Notes under the pieces: generated by a model
What the model was told of the DNA's origin: nothing
The model's database searches: none
Seen by the model: the letters and a program-made list of their open reading frames with translations, nothing else
Made by a program: the position numbers and the translations under genes
Shown here: piece after piece, positions 1 through 12,250 of the stretch
How the letters are laid out: every line of letters begins with the position of its first letter
How positions within the stretch are numbered: the stretch's first letter is position 1
DNA from: a plasmid
DNA length: 64,000 nucleotides
Sequence record: NZ_CP023526.1
Strand: one strand, 5' to 3'

Positions 1-1470
1 GCTGGGGCAACGATTTTCCTCTATGCACAAACTGCTCATTGGGTAAGAAGTCAGCAGAATGACAACATGGACCGCGCACAGCATCAGCTTGATTCTCTTT
101 TAACGCATGTCGATCAGTCGGCGCAATCCATGCGGGCGTTGGTTGGTGCGGCCTGCACATCGCAAACGATAACTGAGCTGCGTCGTTACCTGGCTATCAC
201 ACCTAATGTGGGGAACATTGAGCTGGCGAAGTCGGGGGCAGTCTATTGTTCCTCTTTGCTCGGCGCGGTACCTCCCGACACAGAAAAGCGGGAAGAGAAG
301 CGTCTCTACCTGAGTGACACGACCATGACCTTGCCGGGGCACCCCTTTGTCGTGTTTCATGTACATGAGGGCGCGGAGGGTCTTTATACCAGCACGGATG
401 GTTATTATATTCGCAATATTCTGGAGTCGGCCTCTGAGCTTTCACCTGTGGTGTTGTTGACCGAACAGGGGTGGATGGCACAGGACGGGATCATTCATTC
501 TTCATTGTTTCCCCGTCAGCAAAACATACAGCTCCACTCTGCGGCTTACGGCTATCGGCTTTATTCAAACATCAGTACCACGGATATCATTGCGGTCTCT
601 CTGAGGAACAGCCGGATTACAATGATGATCCTTGCCGGGTTGTGTGTGGCCATTGCTATCGCCAGCTATGTCTGGTCTGGCCGGCCACGGACGCCTGAAA
701 AATTATTGGCCATTGCGATGAAGAATCATGAACTGCACCCTTATTATCAGCCCATTGTAAAGGGCGAGCCGCCGGTGCCTGTCGGATGTGAAGTGCTGGT
801 TCGCTGGCTGCACAAAAGCAATCTCATTCCTCCGGATCAGTTCATTCCACTGGCCGAAGAAACCGGGCTCATCATTCCGCTTACGCGACAGCTCATCAAA
901 GATATCACTAACGAATTTGTAATGTCATATGAGCCGGTTGACCCGTTTTATATCAGCGTTAACATGAGCGCACGTCATCTGCAGTCTGAGGAGCTGGAAG
1001 CGGATCTGGAGTATTTCCTTATGCGGGCTGGCAGCAATATCCGTCTGGTTCTGGAGATAACCGAGCGTGAAATTATCACCGGTGATGACCGGGTCAGGAT
1101 CCGAATCGAACAACTGAAAGCCAGAGGTGTCAAGTTTGCTCTGGATGATTTTGGTACTGGATATTCGACGCTGGAGACTCTGCGCCACACCCCCGTTGAA
1201 TTGATTAAGATTGATCGGCTCTTCACGTCTGGCATAGGGCGCAATGATTTATGCGAGGCCATCATAGGTAATGTTGTGGATCTGGCGAAGCGGATCGGTA
1301 CCGGCCTTATTGCTGAGGGGGTGGAAACGGAGGAGCAAATCACATTTCTCAGGCAGCAGGGAGATATGGCATACCAGGGCTATCTTTTTTCAAAACCTCT
1401 TCCTGGAGAGAGTTTCAAAAAATGGCTGGCTCAGATGTCTGTCCGGGAGAATGACACTGGGGAACGCTGA
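1..1470 (+). CDS. CSS-motif EAL-domain cyclic-di-GMP phosphodiesterase (5' partial; frame is open back to base 1, so the N-terminus lies upstream of the window)
   Basis: EAL signatures in the translation (EVLVRWLH, LVLEITEREII, KFALDDFGTGYSTLETLR, ELIKIDRLF). A membrane helix (ITMMILAGLCVAIAIASYVW) precedes the EAL domain, and a periplasmic Cys-containing region matches the CSS-sensor PDE class (PdeC/PdeB-like). No stop codon in frame between nt 1 and the ATG at 67. Confidence 0.85.
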   Translation, partial: AGATIFLYAQTAHWVRSQQNDNMDRAQHQLDSLLTHVDQSAQSMRALVGAACTSQTITELRRYLAITPNVGNIELAKSGAVYCSSLLGAVPPDTEKREEKRLYLSDTTMTLPGHPFVVFHVHEGAEGLYTSTDGYYIRNILESASELSPVVLLTEQGWMAQDGIIHSSLFPRQQNIQLHSAAYGYRLYSNISTTDIIAVSLRNSRITMMILAGLCVAIAIASYVWSGRPRTPEKLLAIAMKNHELHPYYQPIVKGEPPVPVGCEVLVRWLHKSNLIPPDQFIPLAEETGLIIPLTRQLIKDITNEFVMSYEPVDPFYISVNMSARHLQSEELEADLEYFLMRAGSNIRLVLEITEREIITGDDRVRIRIEQLKARGVKFALDDFGTGYSTLETLRHTPVELIKIDRLFTSGIGRNDLCEAIIGNVVDLAKRIGTGLIAEGVETEEQITFLRQQGDMAYQGYLFSKPLPGESFKKWLAQMSVRENDTGER

Positions 1471-1884
1471 CATCGCTTGTGTCATCCCCGTTATTTCTGT
1501 GTTGGTTCAAGTGACAGATAATTTAGATGTTCGGTGGCAGGGGCAGAGACTGTGTTCAGCCGGAGGAAGTGAGATATTCCCGGGTATCTCTGAGATAAGA
1601 CGTTTTGTTGATCAGACTACACATCACGGGAACTACAAGCAGCGGACCGTGCGGGACCGCCAGTAGGTGCGGTGTCGGGGGCATTTTTTGTTTTCGCACG
1701 GGCCAGTGCCAGGCCGGGCTGGTGTTCGCGGAAATTTCAATGAACCGAGAGTATTTTCCATTTGCCTGGTGGATTGTTCGGGGTAATACTTTTCCCAAAT
1801 TGGGCGGCAACGTACATTGTTTTGTCGTTGTAACGTATTGTTAGCGCAGATGGACAGAGCGTTGCCCTTGACGAAATCTTTTAC

Positions 1885-1960
<76 letters not shown>

Positions 1961-1964
1961 GAAT

Positions 1965-2039
<75 letters not shown>

Positions 2040-2508
2040 GCACAGCGTTTTACATGTGGGAAACCGGTCCAGCCGGCAGTATATGTCCGCCTGCCAGTGA
2101 TTTTTCGCGTACATCGCTATTACGAAGCCTGAACATTTCTATGATAGTTTACTCGCAGCCATGAGTATGTCTTCCGGTTTTCTATTTTTCGTGCGGGTTT
2201 ATGATTCAGAAGGCCCATACCTCAATCTGTTGTCTGTTGAATATATCGCGCTGGCTTTTTTAGCTTAAGAGCTTAAGAGGCCATATGCTGGATTCATTAG
2301 CTGTGAATGATGGGAAGAAAACGAATATGTCATCGACTCGTATCGTCATTCGTTGACATAAAAAATCATTATGCCGATGATGTTAACTGTAATAAATTGC
2401 TCGCGCATGAAAGAAAGTTCTTAATTTTATGAAGGTTGTGCGATTAGCAATAGCCTGAAAAAAGCGGCAACCATAAACTTTTCTTTTTAAGTCACAGAGA
2501 GAACTTTT

Positions 2509-3033
2509 ATGGCAGGGAATCGTTATTTCCCCTCAATGCGAAAAAGTGCCGGGTCACTTAGCCGATATATCTTCAGTCTTCAATCGGCTGTTGCAACATT
2601 TATTGCTGACTATCTTGATTATGTAGCCTGTTCGTTTCTTTGTGAGGATCGATATCCTGAACAGGATATCGATGATGAGTCTATTCATATTGGCCAGATG
2701 TCAGCCGGACGTATTAAATGGGACGTATGCTACCTTAGTCTCCGGATCAATGACGCGACGAAAATGGATTTTTTCATTCGGGCAGACTACTCCGTTAGTA
2801 CGAAAAAGGCGTTGCCGAAACTTCACCAACAGATATTCTGGTGCACTATCTGGGCAGCAGGAGACCACCTGGCATTTGAACTGGCAGAGCTCGATGGTTC
2901 TCTGATCCAGTGTTTCTGGTTAGACAGAAAGGTTGGTCAGGGCACTTTTCGGCCTGTTGTTGATGAAATTCGAAGATATATTCATGCTGGACAAAGAAGG
3001 GCCGAGTTACAAAAGGCAGAGGTACACCCGTGA
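2509..3033 (+). CDS. hypothetical protein, family A copy 1 (174 aa)
   Basis: Shares conserved blocks with the ORF at 3861..4397 (LQSAVATFIADYLDY vs LQSAAAMLVSDYTMD; FWCTIWAAGDHLAFELAELDGSLIQCFWLDRKVGQGTFRPVVDEIRRYI vs FRCSIWVSVDILRVRLADQNGDLLKNFWFDEEITQGVFQPVVKEIKKCL). AT-rich upstream region. No recognisable domain. Confidence 0.5.
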   Translation: MAGNRYFPSMRKSAGSLSRYIFSLQSAVATFIADYLDYVACSFLCEDRYPEQDIDDESIHIGQMSAGRIKWDVCYLSLRINDATKMDFFIRADYSVSTKKALPKLHQQIFWCTIWAAGDHLAFELAELDGSLIQCFWLDRKVGQGTFRPVVDEIRRYIHAGQRRAELQKAEVHP

Positions 3034-3860
3034 AGCGTTTGAAAGGCCGACGGTTTTGTACGCGGCGAGGCAATGAATGGAATCGTTCACCGGAGAGTAA
3101 ACCGGCGAAAAGGGTAAATGAAGAAAAATTTGGACGTGATGCTGAAGTCTTTAAGACGCCTGGCCGAATAGTCTGAGCGCCTGAGGCGTCACGGCATTCT
3201 GTTCTCAGGGAGAACATCTCGTTGATTTACGTACTGACACAGATCGGAACGATGATTCTCATTGGGCCAAAAATTACACAGTGGCCAGAAAAGTGAGGGA
3301 CAGCATAATGGAGGCCCTGTCCCGGCAGGGCCGGGTAGCGATCAGGTTATAAATTTTTATAATTTAGTAGACTGTATTGATAGTATTTTAAAGGAAATTC
3401 CCAATGACTTCTCTTCCTGCGCAAGGGGAAGGTGTGTGGAGCATTTTTTACGTTCAATGGATTGTCATTTTTTATAATAAAGGATCTATAGTGTTTGATG
3501 TTTTTTAACAATTTTGGTAAGTATGCATTATGCAGTAGTATTGATCAGCCTTCTGTTGAAGGCCTCGCAATATTATTTTTTGATTTACATCGTGCAGAAT
3601 ATGGTGTGTTTATTCTTTAGATATTTCATGCGCTGGTTCGCGCTGTCTCTATTTCCTCATTCACATATATATTTAAGATGCGTGTATTCTCTGGCTAATA
3701 TTCTTTTTTGAGAGCGGTGGTATGCGGGTGACAATGCTTAGAATAAACTTAATATAGAAAGTTCCGATTTTTTTAATTATTCGGCTTTTACTTCGATATA
3801 TCTGGGGCTTCAGTTTTTTGTCAACCAAGGTATCAACACTCTGGTCTTTTAAAAAAGGAG

Positions 3861-4397
3861 GTGACTGTGGGCGAGTCTTTTCATGTAAACCGGGACAGGA
3901 AAAAAAGAAGCCAGTCCCGTGAATATAAACTTTTACTTCAGTCTGCGGCTGCAATGCTGGTTTCTGATTATACCATGGACGAATTTTTGCCGGGAAGACC
4001 ATCTACCCGCCGGCGTGGCAGGCCGGAATATACGAGCGAGTTCTCTACTATTCAGATAGGCGAGGAAGTTAAACAGGATATTATCTGGGGAATAGGATAT
4101 ATCGGTCTAAAGATGGACAATGAAATGAAGCTCAATTTTTGTATCAATGCAAAAATGCTGGTTGATCATGCATGTCATTCAACTGAAAACTTTTCTAAAG
4201 TATTCAGGTGTTCTATTTGGGTATCTGTGGATATATTACGTGTGAGGCTCGCCGACCAGAACGGAGATTTGCTCAAGAACTTTTGGTTTGATGAGGAGAT
4301 TACTCAGGGTGTTTTTCAACCGGTGGTGAAGGAAATTAAGAAGTGTCTTCAACATCAAGGGCACAGAATGAGGACGTCCACCAGCCAAAGGCCTTAA
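3861..4397 (+). CDS. hypothetical protein, family A copy 2 (178 aa)
   Basis: Paralog of 2509..3033 (see above). RBS-like AAGGAGGTGA sits just upstream of the start. Confidence 0.5.
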   Translation: MTVGESFHVNRDRKKRSQSREYKLLLQSAAAMLVSDYTMDEFLPGRPSTRRRGRPEYTSEFSTIQIGEEVKQDIIWGIGYIGLKMDNEMKLNFCINAKMLVDHACHSTENFSKVFRCSIWVSVDILRVRLADQNGDLLKNFWFDEEITQGVFQPVVKEIKKCLQHQGHRMRTSTSQRP

Positions 4398-6334
4398 GAA
4401 ACGTTGATATCCTCCCCGTCCCTGCGGGCGGGGATTTCTGCGGTGTGCAACCAAAGCCTGGCTATGAGGTTCCTCACGGCATGTCCTGCAGCTAAAATGC
4501 TACCTGCACCGTTAATACCGACATTCCCGGTATCTCTGCCTGTCTGGTATCCCCGGTTTACTTTGCGCCAGGTGCTTTTCTTTCGCTTTACGATCGCAGT
4601 AGACGTATATCTGGTCTGTACTCGAGATTATGGCGTATGTCATACCCGTACAGCCCCAGTATTGCATGGTCAGTATAGTGCTGACATTTCACCCGGTTGC
4701 TTGCCGTGTTTATCGTCGATATTGGCATGTTGCTTACCTTTAAGCTCCCCAAAGACAATCATGGTGTAGTTTCTGCAGATTTCACTGGCAACATTATGCG
4801 GATAATCGCGTCGGATACTGGCAATGAGGGAGCGCTACCGCTGAATTTTATGTTTTTGTCAGCCGGCACCGGCTTAATGTCGCGCATTGCCCGCGTGTGC
4901 CGGGCTGTTGACGATATGATATTCCGTGCTATCAGACAGCATTGTACATTTCGTGAAACCTGCATCCAGACAGACAATTGTCGCTGCAGGGGGAGGCGCA
5001 TTTTATGACCTTTTTACGTTTCCGTGCAGAGGGCATATCGTTTTGAATTATCGTTGATAAAGCATGAAATTATTACGTTTGATTGCGATCGACCGCAAGG
5101 TGATACTCTTCGTGGGCAAGCAGGTGCCAACCACTTTATTTTCATACGACAAGTGAAGAGATGAAAACGTTCATTAAATCAATACCCTGGGCACCTATCC
5201 GGTTGATAATGAGTGTTTTGTACCTGCCGGCCCGCCCAGTGATTATTTATGTACTGCTTGTGTGTGGAAACAGCACGTTGTTTTTCTTAGTAAGAGCGGT
5301 GTCGGAATAGTGCACCAGGCAAGTGTAAATCTGCTTTCGTCAGGGACAGATCTACTGGCGATAGTTCGACGCGAAGGACTGAAAAGACACGCTGCCAGCG
5401 GAGAGCCAGACCTGTGCCTTTATGACCATGTATAATGATGATTATCGCAGATTCCATCCGTTAGATGGCACTGATGATGCAGGTTGAATACCTGCTGGCT
5501 ATTTAATGAAGGTTTTTCATTTCATCCATAAGGGCGCGTAGCTGGAAAGCGTACTTTGGCCTCAAAACATTTTGTGTGGACAGCTTAAAACGTGAGGTTA
5601 GTGTTTAGCCAAATACGTGATGCAAATTATAATTCATTGATATGGTCACGGGCAATTATCGAAATGATATTCATCATTTGATGTGTTCTGTACGATTTTT
5701 CGCCAGGCCAGCGCGCGCTCGTTCTATGTACAACTTATGCCTGCGATCGGAACCCGGAGTTTTTCTTGATAGTGAACACGAATTATCTCGCGGTATTGTC
5801 GTCTTTTCTTCGTGAGGTGTAGGGTTATTTTGTCGGAGTGAATCGCCCTGTGTGGCGGAGCGAAATGGTTGTTTTTCGTATCAGAACATGCGAAACATGG
5901 TTGACCAGGGAGGCCCCCGGCACTGCAGTGACCTTACGAAATGACTGGTCTGTCAAAATCCAAAAATTTACTTCGGTGAGCTTTATGTTTTGGTTATTCC
6001 GTTGATGCAGTGGGCAAGAGTATTCTTCCTATGACGGTTATGTGCAGACAAACCATGGCGCCAGCAGAGCTGGTTATCAACGTAGTCGCAGTTGGCAGGA
6101 AAAACAGCACGTCTTTCGGGTTGACGTCTGGCGGAGAGCCGGACCTGCCAGCAGCCGTTCAAGCTGGCAGGTGTGTTTTCAGAACGTGGCTTGCAGTACG
6201 CCCGATGACTTAGAAGACGGGTCCTTCATCGTGTCGAAGAATTCTTATCTGGAACGATGCACGGGTGTTGATAGGGTATGAGCTGAGCACTTACCAGCAA
6301 ATACCCGATTCAGGCTACAAGCCCAGAGGTTGTC

Positions 6335-6601
6335 TCAGGCACTTTGTTTCATACAAAATTCTGCCCGTTGTTTACTCCACTGCTGATTGAGTTTATGGCA
6401 TGATACACGGTAAGCGTTTTCCCAGGCCCTGTTCGCCTGAAGATAATCCCCCGCCTGTTCGAGGCGAATCGCTTTTCGTGCTTCGGGATAATAAGCCAGA
6501 CTGTCACGAAGCTGATGTTGGGTCTGTGTTTCACCAGAGACTGTTGCGGGCGGCCAGAGTTCAGACACGACAATTTCCTCTTCTTTGTATGTAATGTGCA
6601 T
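6335..6601 (-). CDS. small hypothetical protein, family B copy 1
   Basis: C-terminal ~45 aa are conserved with the ORF at 9763..10011 (LEQAGDYLQANRAWENAYRVSCHKLNQQWSKQRAEFCMKQ vs LEQAAEYTMAAKVWANAQSVSCNALNQYWSEKRAEFCLKQ). Confidence 0.35.
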   Translation of the reverse strand: MHITYKEEEIVVSELWPPATVSGETQTQHQLRDSLAYYPEARKAIRLEQAGDYLQANRAWENAYRVSCHKLNQQWSKQRAEFCMKQSA

Positions 6602-7689
6602 TAATAAGATGAATCCTATAGGGCTTGCTCTCCTTTGATGTATGATATATTGCCATTTTTCTTATTCATGATAAGAAAAATAGATTCATCATATGATGAA
6701 TTTCTGGGTCGCCACGGATATTCATAGACACTTATGAGCCGTTGATAATATTGATTTTCATATTCCGTCGGTGGCATCTGATCGCTCGAAGCATGCCGAC
6801 GCTTACTGTATAAAACATTTCGATGTAATCAAAAACATCGCTGCGGGCTTGTTTCCGCGTACTGTAGATTTTTTCTTTGTTCGTGCGCGCTTCATTAGCT
6901 GCCAGACCCGATTAATCCCGCATTGTTGCCCGCTATCTCACAGGCCGAGATAGATCTTGCTATAGCCATAAACGCAACCGGACTCCAACCAGAACTGTTT
7001 GATTTGTCCTGTCAGCCTGAGATCCGCCTGATGTTTGGGTGAATACGGCTGTTGAAGCCAGGTGTAAAACCCACCCGGATGAACATTCAGCGCCCGGCAG
7101 AGTAGACGAGCAGGTCAACAACAGGAGTTGTCACGGATAAAGGCGTACCTCAGTCGCACAGCTTTGCGAAGTACGCCACGGATTTTTGATATGTCCCGCT
7201 CGTCAGTAACCCGCTTTATCTCCTTCTGGAATCGGCAGATCCCGGCCTGAGCATCAGACTACGCATGCGTACCTTTTAAATGACTCTGGGATGTCTGTTA
7301 AACGCGTGGCGATTCAGTTGTTTCAACGGGGACTGGTGAGTAGTTGAAAAAAGTCGAGCGCAGCGTGAACGTTTCCTGGCAACTGAGGTTGAGACGATGC
7401 AATGGGAGAGTGGATATCAGTGGTTGTCACTTATGATATCTGCTGATGCTCGACATCTACAGCACTGATGCACATCATAATCTGATGGCATTAAAAATGC
7501 GGGAGAGCAACAACTGAGCTGGCCGTATAAGGACTTAAATATCGTGATTTTTGTTCTGGAGGATCTCACGTCAGGGTTTTCAGAACCACTCAGGGGTGAG
7601 CAGATAAATCGTTTTCCCCCTTAACTCTTTTCAGAGGGACAGGGGTAAGCTCACTGAAAACCAGGCTGAAGCCATGAGCACTGTGGAAC

Positions 7690-8013
7690 TTACGGTTTCG
7701 CCTGCTTTTGCGCTGTGGTCGAATCAGGTATACATGATCTGATGGTGATATTATCCGACTGCATCTTCAAAATTTCTCCAGAAGGGAAGGTTAAAGAAAG
7801 TTTTGAATCCCCTTTGAAAAGCACGAGCGTGTTGTCCGCATTGACGCTCTGTTCATCTCCGGATACTTCTATTCCCACTGTAGTGGGAACTTCAACCTGA
7901 GCGATGGTTTTTCCGTGGCTGATCGCAGAGATGATTTTAGGACAATTTTGTGCGGATACCCCCCCGCTTAAGAAAAGCAAACTTATTGCGATTAATTGAG
8001 AAAGACTCATCAT
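7690..8013 (-). CDS. exported hypothetical protein (signal peptide)
   Basis: N-terminal MMSLSQLIAISLLFLSGGVSAQ is a Sec signal-like segment. No homology recognised. Confidence 0.35.
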   Translation of the reverse strand: MMSLSQLIAISLLFLSGGVSAQNCPKIISAISHGKTIAQVEVPTTVGIEVSGDEQSVNADNTLVLFKGDSKLSLTFPSGEILKMQSDNITIRSCIPDSTTAQKQAKP

Positions 8014-8714
8014 AGACCCTCTTTGTTTCTGGTTTGAACTACTGAAATCATGCTGTCCATACTTTAAACACCATCACTAAATTTCTACCATTTTGAAGGA
8101 GTGGTTCATGTATATTCCTGCCGGAATCCGATATTTTTGGGATAATTCTTTTCAGTTGCTGTCGTGGGCGGAAAATAAATCAGATGACCCGTGGCCTCAT
8201 CGCAAGCTCCCCGTAGATTGAAATCAGACCTGTCATGATACGAAATGTATCGGTTGATCTCTGCAGATGGCTTACCTGCTCCGAAATTTTCATCAGAATG
8301 CCTCCGGGAATTCCCGTTCTTCAGGACAGGGGGCCGTCAATTGTATCGCAATGGCCAACCAGCGCGCCCTCTGTACTGGCAGCGGCAAAGCGGTGCTGGG
8401 GAAGATTTTTGAAAGGAAATGGAGAGTGTATGCCAACAATCGTTGAAGGCGCAGCGCTGTCAGAAATCATAGACGGGAGAGACTCAGAACAGAACCTGAT
8501 ACCACATTGACATTGTGGTTTTAGGCTGTGATGATGGGCTCTGAACGAAAAGAGGCGCGGCCATAAACATATCACCACCTCTCAACTGCCCGCCGATTTT
8601 TCAATGCTGATCAATTTATCTTTTGTGCTAGTGGAGCCGGGATCAGATCAAGAAAACGTGATATTTAATCCTCTCCTTTCATTGCGTGGAGGTTTAGAAA
8701 AAGGGAGGATCTAA

Positions 8715-9233
8715 ATGAAAAATGCAGTTATCAGATTGTTGAATAGCCTTTTTATCATGTTTTTTATGGCAGTCATACCATTAGACGCAAGGGCGACAGA
8801 TACCTCTTGTCAGATAAAATTTGAAAACTGGATTGTTAAGCGGGAACCAGCAGGGTATGCAATCAATCCGGCTACGTTGACAGTATCTGCGCCGGATAAG
8901 TGTATTGTTCGAAAAAGTAATACAGGAGATGACACTGTCATCTTGGTCAAAAACGTCTCAATTAGCATCGATGATAAAATTACAGGGAAACGAGCGCAGG
9001 ATAAAACTTCGATATCCATTACACTGGATAAACACTATTACGCTAGTGTTTATATCGATTATTTTGCACTGAATGTAGATTACTCATCTGAAGGAATAAC
9101 GACCATGCGACGGGAAGGAAACGACCTTTCTCTTGCCAACACCCGGGCGATAACCGCGCCAGATGTAGCCCCGCAGCATTATGTTCTCGCCCCAGGAGGA
9201 AAAATTATACTGTTTAACTGGTTCAGTCAGTAA
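8715..9233 (+). CDS. exported hypothetical protein (signal peptide), possible fimbrial/adhesin-like beta protein
   Basis: N-terminal hydrophobic signal (LLNSLFIMFFMAVIPLDARA). GGAGG RBS lies upstream. AT-rich. Confidence 0.45.
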   Translation: MKNAVIRLLNSLFIMFFMAVIPLDARATDTSCQIKFENWIVKREPAGYAINPATLTVSAPDKCIVRKSNTGDDTVILVKNVSISIDDKITGKRAQDKTSISITLDKHYYASVYIDYFALNVDYSSEGITTMRREGNDLSLANTRAITAPDVAPQHYVLAPGGKIILFNWFSQ

Positions 9234-9762
9234 GCGCGAACCAGACCTGGCAGGATGCGAACTTTATGCCTGGTCTCTGGACTGAGTCAATGGCTCAATT
9301 CCGTGGCAACAGGCAGAACCACAGAATGTTTGCCTTCAGAAAGGCCCGGCGCTGCTGAGGATAACGAGCGCATGACTAAGATACCGGCATGCGGGTTAGT
9401 CAGAAGGCTAATTATGAGTTATTTTATCGCTTTGCTATGAGAGAAACTCTACCGGTGTCAATATTTTTCTCAGCTTGTCGTGGCCTGTGTAATTAAGAAA
9501 ATTCTAAAAACAAGATGAGTGGTTATCAAGTCGAATTTATGAAAGAATTTAATGGAAGTGTGTTTTATGGTTTTTCCAAAAAAATAAACATCAGTTTATT
9601 TTCAGTGTAAAATATATCTTCTTCAGGAAGATATGATCGCGCACCAAAACCCCTTTTGCACACTGCAAGAAATTTAATATATTTGTCTTAACGTTTAGAC
9701 AAGTCTTAAAGCATAGATTATTTTTAATCCAAAAGCTATGAATAATGGGAATATAATTTCAC

Positions 9763-10011
9763 GTGAATACATCAAGTTCAGCTGCATTTCAGATCTCTTC
9801 GGAATCTGTTCGAACACATGAATGTCAGGCGTATTATCAAATCGCAAATCGGGCATTACAGCTGGAGCAAGCGGCAGAATATACGATGGCTGCAAAAGTT
9901 TGGGCAAACGCACAGAGTGTATCGTGCAACGCACTTAATCAATACTGGAGTGAAAAACGAGCCGAATTTTGCCTGAAACAAAAAGAAAGAAGCAAAATTC
10001 TCTGCCAATAG
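9763..10011 (+). CDS. small hypothetical protein, family B copy 2
   Basis: Paralog of 6335..6601 with conserved RAEFC(L/M)KQ C-terminus. Confidence 0.4.
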   Translation: MNTSSSAAFQISSESVRTHECQAYYQIANRALQLEQAAEYTMAAKVWANAQSVSCNALNQYWSEKRAEFCLKQKERSKILCQ

Positions 10012-10474
10012 TTGCCTGGTTTTTAGTGTTTTAAAAGAAGGCCGAACCACGATACCTTATAATGCGACGACACCGAAAGTATGCGTGTAGTATCAATACA
10101 TCCTGGGCGCGGTATGCATATCCTGTGGCGAGTCCCACACACTATGTTTCCGCAGCGTTGCTTCGGTTTTAGTTGCGCCTGTAAACCAGACTGTGCTTGC
10201 ATTTTGTGGCAGCGTGTCTCTTTTTCTGCTGATGAGCGCGCTGCCCAGGATTGCATATTCCCGTGCGAATACCCACCAGGATCCAGAATGCCGCTGGATC
10301 ATGACATCCTGGTCGACATTGTGGATATGACATGCATATGGTCTGCCCGTTGTCTTGCTGGCTGGGATGTTTTCGCTGCCGGATGTACAAGGAACGGGGA
10401 CGTCCTGCGTGGCGTTGATTCTGATCCGGTGCAGGAGGATAAATGATATTCTCTGAGTCAGATTAGGTCCGCCT

Positions 10475-11374
10475 TTAGTGGATACAAATTTCCTTCAGGA
10501 CCTCCACCCACCATTTTACGTGACGGGATTTATTATCTTCAGTCCAGCCGGTCCAAATCATTTCATAGCCTATTTCATTTTCAATGTTTGCAAGCTTTAG
10601 TTCATTATTGTTTAACAGTTCTCTGATGGAAAATAGGGGGACGATACCAAACCCGCATCCACTTTTGATTAAATCAATCTGTGTTGCCATATCGTCAACA
10701 ATGACCCTGTTGTTCATTCTGAGGCAAGGAATACTATATTTTACGATGCTGTCAAAATTTGAATTGCTAATGACGATACAATTTTCTTGTTCATGGCCTG
10801 TTTTTTTACTTTTTTCCCGGTAGGCTTTCAGGTATTCAGGTGTGGCGCAACAAACTAACTTATTGGTGCCCATTGGCATGGTTTTGACATTCATGTTTGA
10901 CGGACAAGGATTTCCAGAAATCACAATGTCTATGTTGTGGCTCATCAGCTGTTGCCATTCATCCCCGTTTTTAATTTTTTGGATGATTAATTTTGCATCC
11001 GGGTAATGATTCAAAAAATCACAGAGATATTGACTAAATTTTTTTACGGCGAATGATTCACTGACACCAATTTTAATCAGTGGGGCGGCTTTATTTTGAA
11101 TGTTCAGACTGTTTTCAAGGTTGTCGACCGCTTTTAGAATCCACTCCCCCTCTGATGCGATGGTCTCACCGGTTCTGGTTAATTCAACGATGGGCCCGTT
11201 TCGTTTAAAGAGTTTAATGCCAAGTTGCTTTTCAACACTGGATACCCGGTATGAAATTGCCGACGGTGTCCTGTGTAATCTCTCTGCGGTTGTAGAAAAA
11301 GAGCCGGTTTCTTTGATTAGGTTAAGCAGCTGCATGACATCTAATGATAGTTTAGACATACTCAAGTTCCCCAT
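10475..11374 (-). CDS. LysR-family transcriptional regulator
   Basis: N-terminal HTH (LNLIKETGSFSTTAERLHRTPSAISYRVSSVEKQLGIKLFKR) followed by a LysR substrate-binding domain. 299 aa. Confidence 0.85.
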   Translation of the reverse strand: MGNLSMSKLSLDVMQLLNLIKETGSFSTTAERLHRTPSAISYRVSSVEKQLGIKLFKRNGPIVELTRTGETIASEGEWILKAVDNLENSLNIQNKAAPLIKIGVSESFAVKKFSQYLCDFLNHYPDAKLIIQKIKNGDEWQQLMSHNIDIVISGNPCPSNMNVKTMPMGTNKLVCCATPEYLKAYREKSKKTGHEQENCIVISNSNFDSIVKYSIPCLRMNNRVIVDDMATQIDLIKSGCGFGIVPLFSIRELLNNNELKLANIENEIGYEMIWTGWTEDNKSRHVKWWVEVLKEICIH

Positions 11375-11871
11375 TAACTGGATGTGTAAAGTATCAACGA
11401 CTCACGAGCATTGGCAGGATAACCGTTCCGTAAAACACGATTAAAGTCGAAGATTTAATATCGGGGCAAGCTTATCCGATGTGAATACGCAAAAAGAATA
11501 AAAACCTTTAACTTATATGATGTTTAGTTTTAAATATCCCTTAGTGATTGCTTTAAAGATGTAAATGTATATTTTGCTTTATAATTTAGTTTTATGTGAT
11601 GGCTTTACTCTTCCGAAGAACCACGGCTTAGCGGTTCATGATTTGTTTTTCTACATAGTAAGTTATTTGGTTGTTGATATGTACATTCACTTGTTTTTTT
11701 CTGAGAAAATATAACTCTGCTGCTATGCATTCGTAACATCAATACATTAAATACAACGCTGTAATTTGTTTTTTAATGGTGAGTTTATTTTTTTCTTATA
11801 AAATATTTGTTAATTAGTTTTGATAGACTTGGGTCGAAAATAGTCGGTGGTGATAAAACTATCATTCCCTT

Positions 11872-12250
11872 TTGCTTGAGCAGGATATAAACCTATTCAA
11901 AGGTCAGCATTTTCAGCGTGACATCCCTTTGTGGGTGGTACGCTGGTACTGCAAATACGGCATCAGCTACCGTGAGCTGCAGGAGATGCTGACCGATCGA
12001 GGAGTAAACGTCGATCACTCCGCGGTTGGCCGCTGGGTTCAGCATTATGCACCTGAAATAGACAGCGGCTGTGTTGGTACTGGCGGAACCCTTCCGATCT
12101 TTGCCCGTTGCACATGGATGAAACCTACGTGAAGGTCAATAGCCGCTGGGCGTATTTGTACCGGGCCTTCGACATCAGGGGCCGTACTGACGATTTTTAT
12201 GTCTAACGGTAAAGCCGCGTACTGGTTTTGGCCCCTGGGAACGCCTGATG
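11872..12250 (+). pseudogene. IS6-family (IS26/IS15-like) transposase remnant, frameshifted
   Basis: FKGQHFQRDIPLWVVRWYCKYGISYRELQEMLTDRGVNVDHS matches the IS26 Tnp N-terminus. The downstream HMDETYVKVNSRWAYLYRAFDIRGRT continues in another frame and then hits stops. Confidence 0.6.

Noticed and set aside
100-1343. Several 80-130-codon ORFs on the minus strand inside the EAL phosphodiesterase gene (100..366, 203..481, 925..1188, 975..1343)
   Set aside because: They are entirely antisense to a well-supported domain-bearing CDS and have no features of their own.
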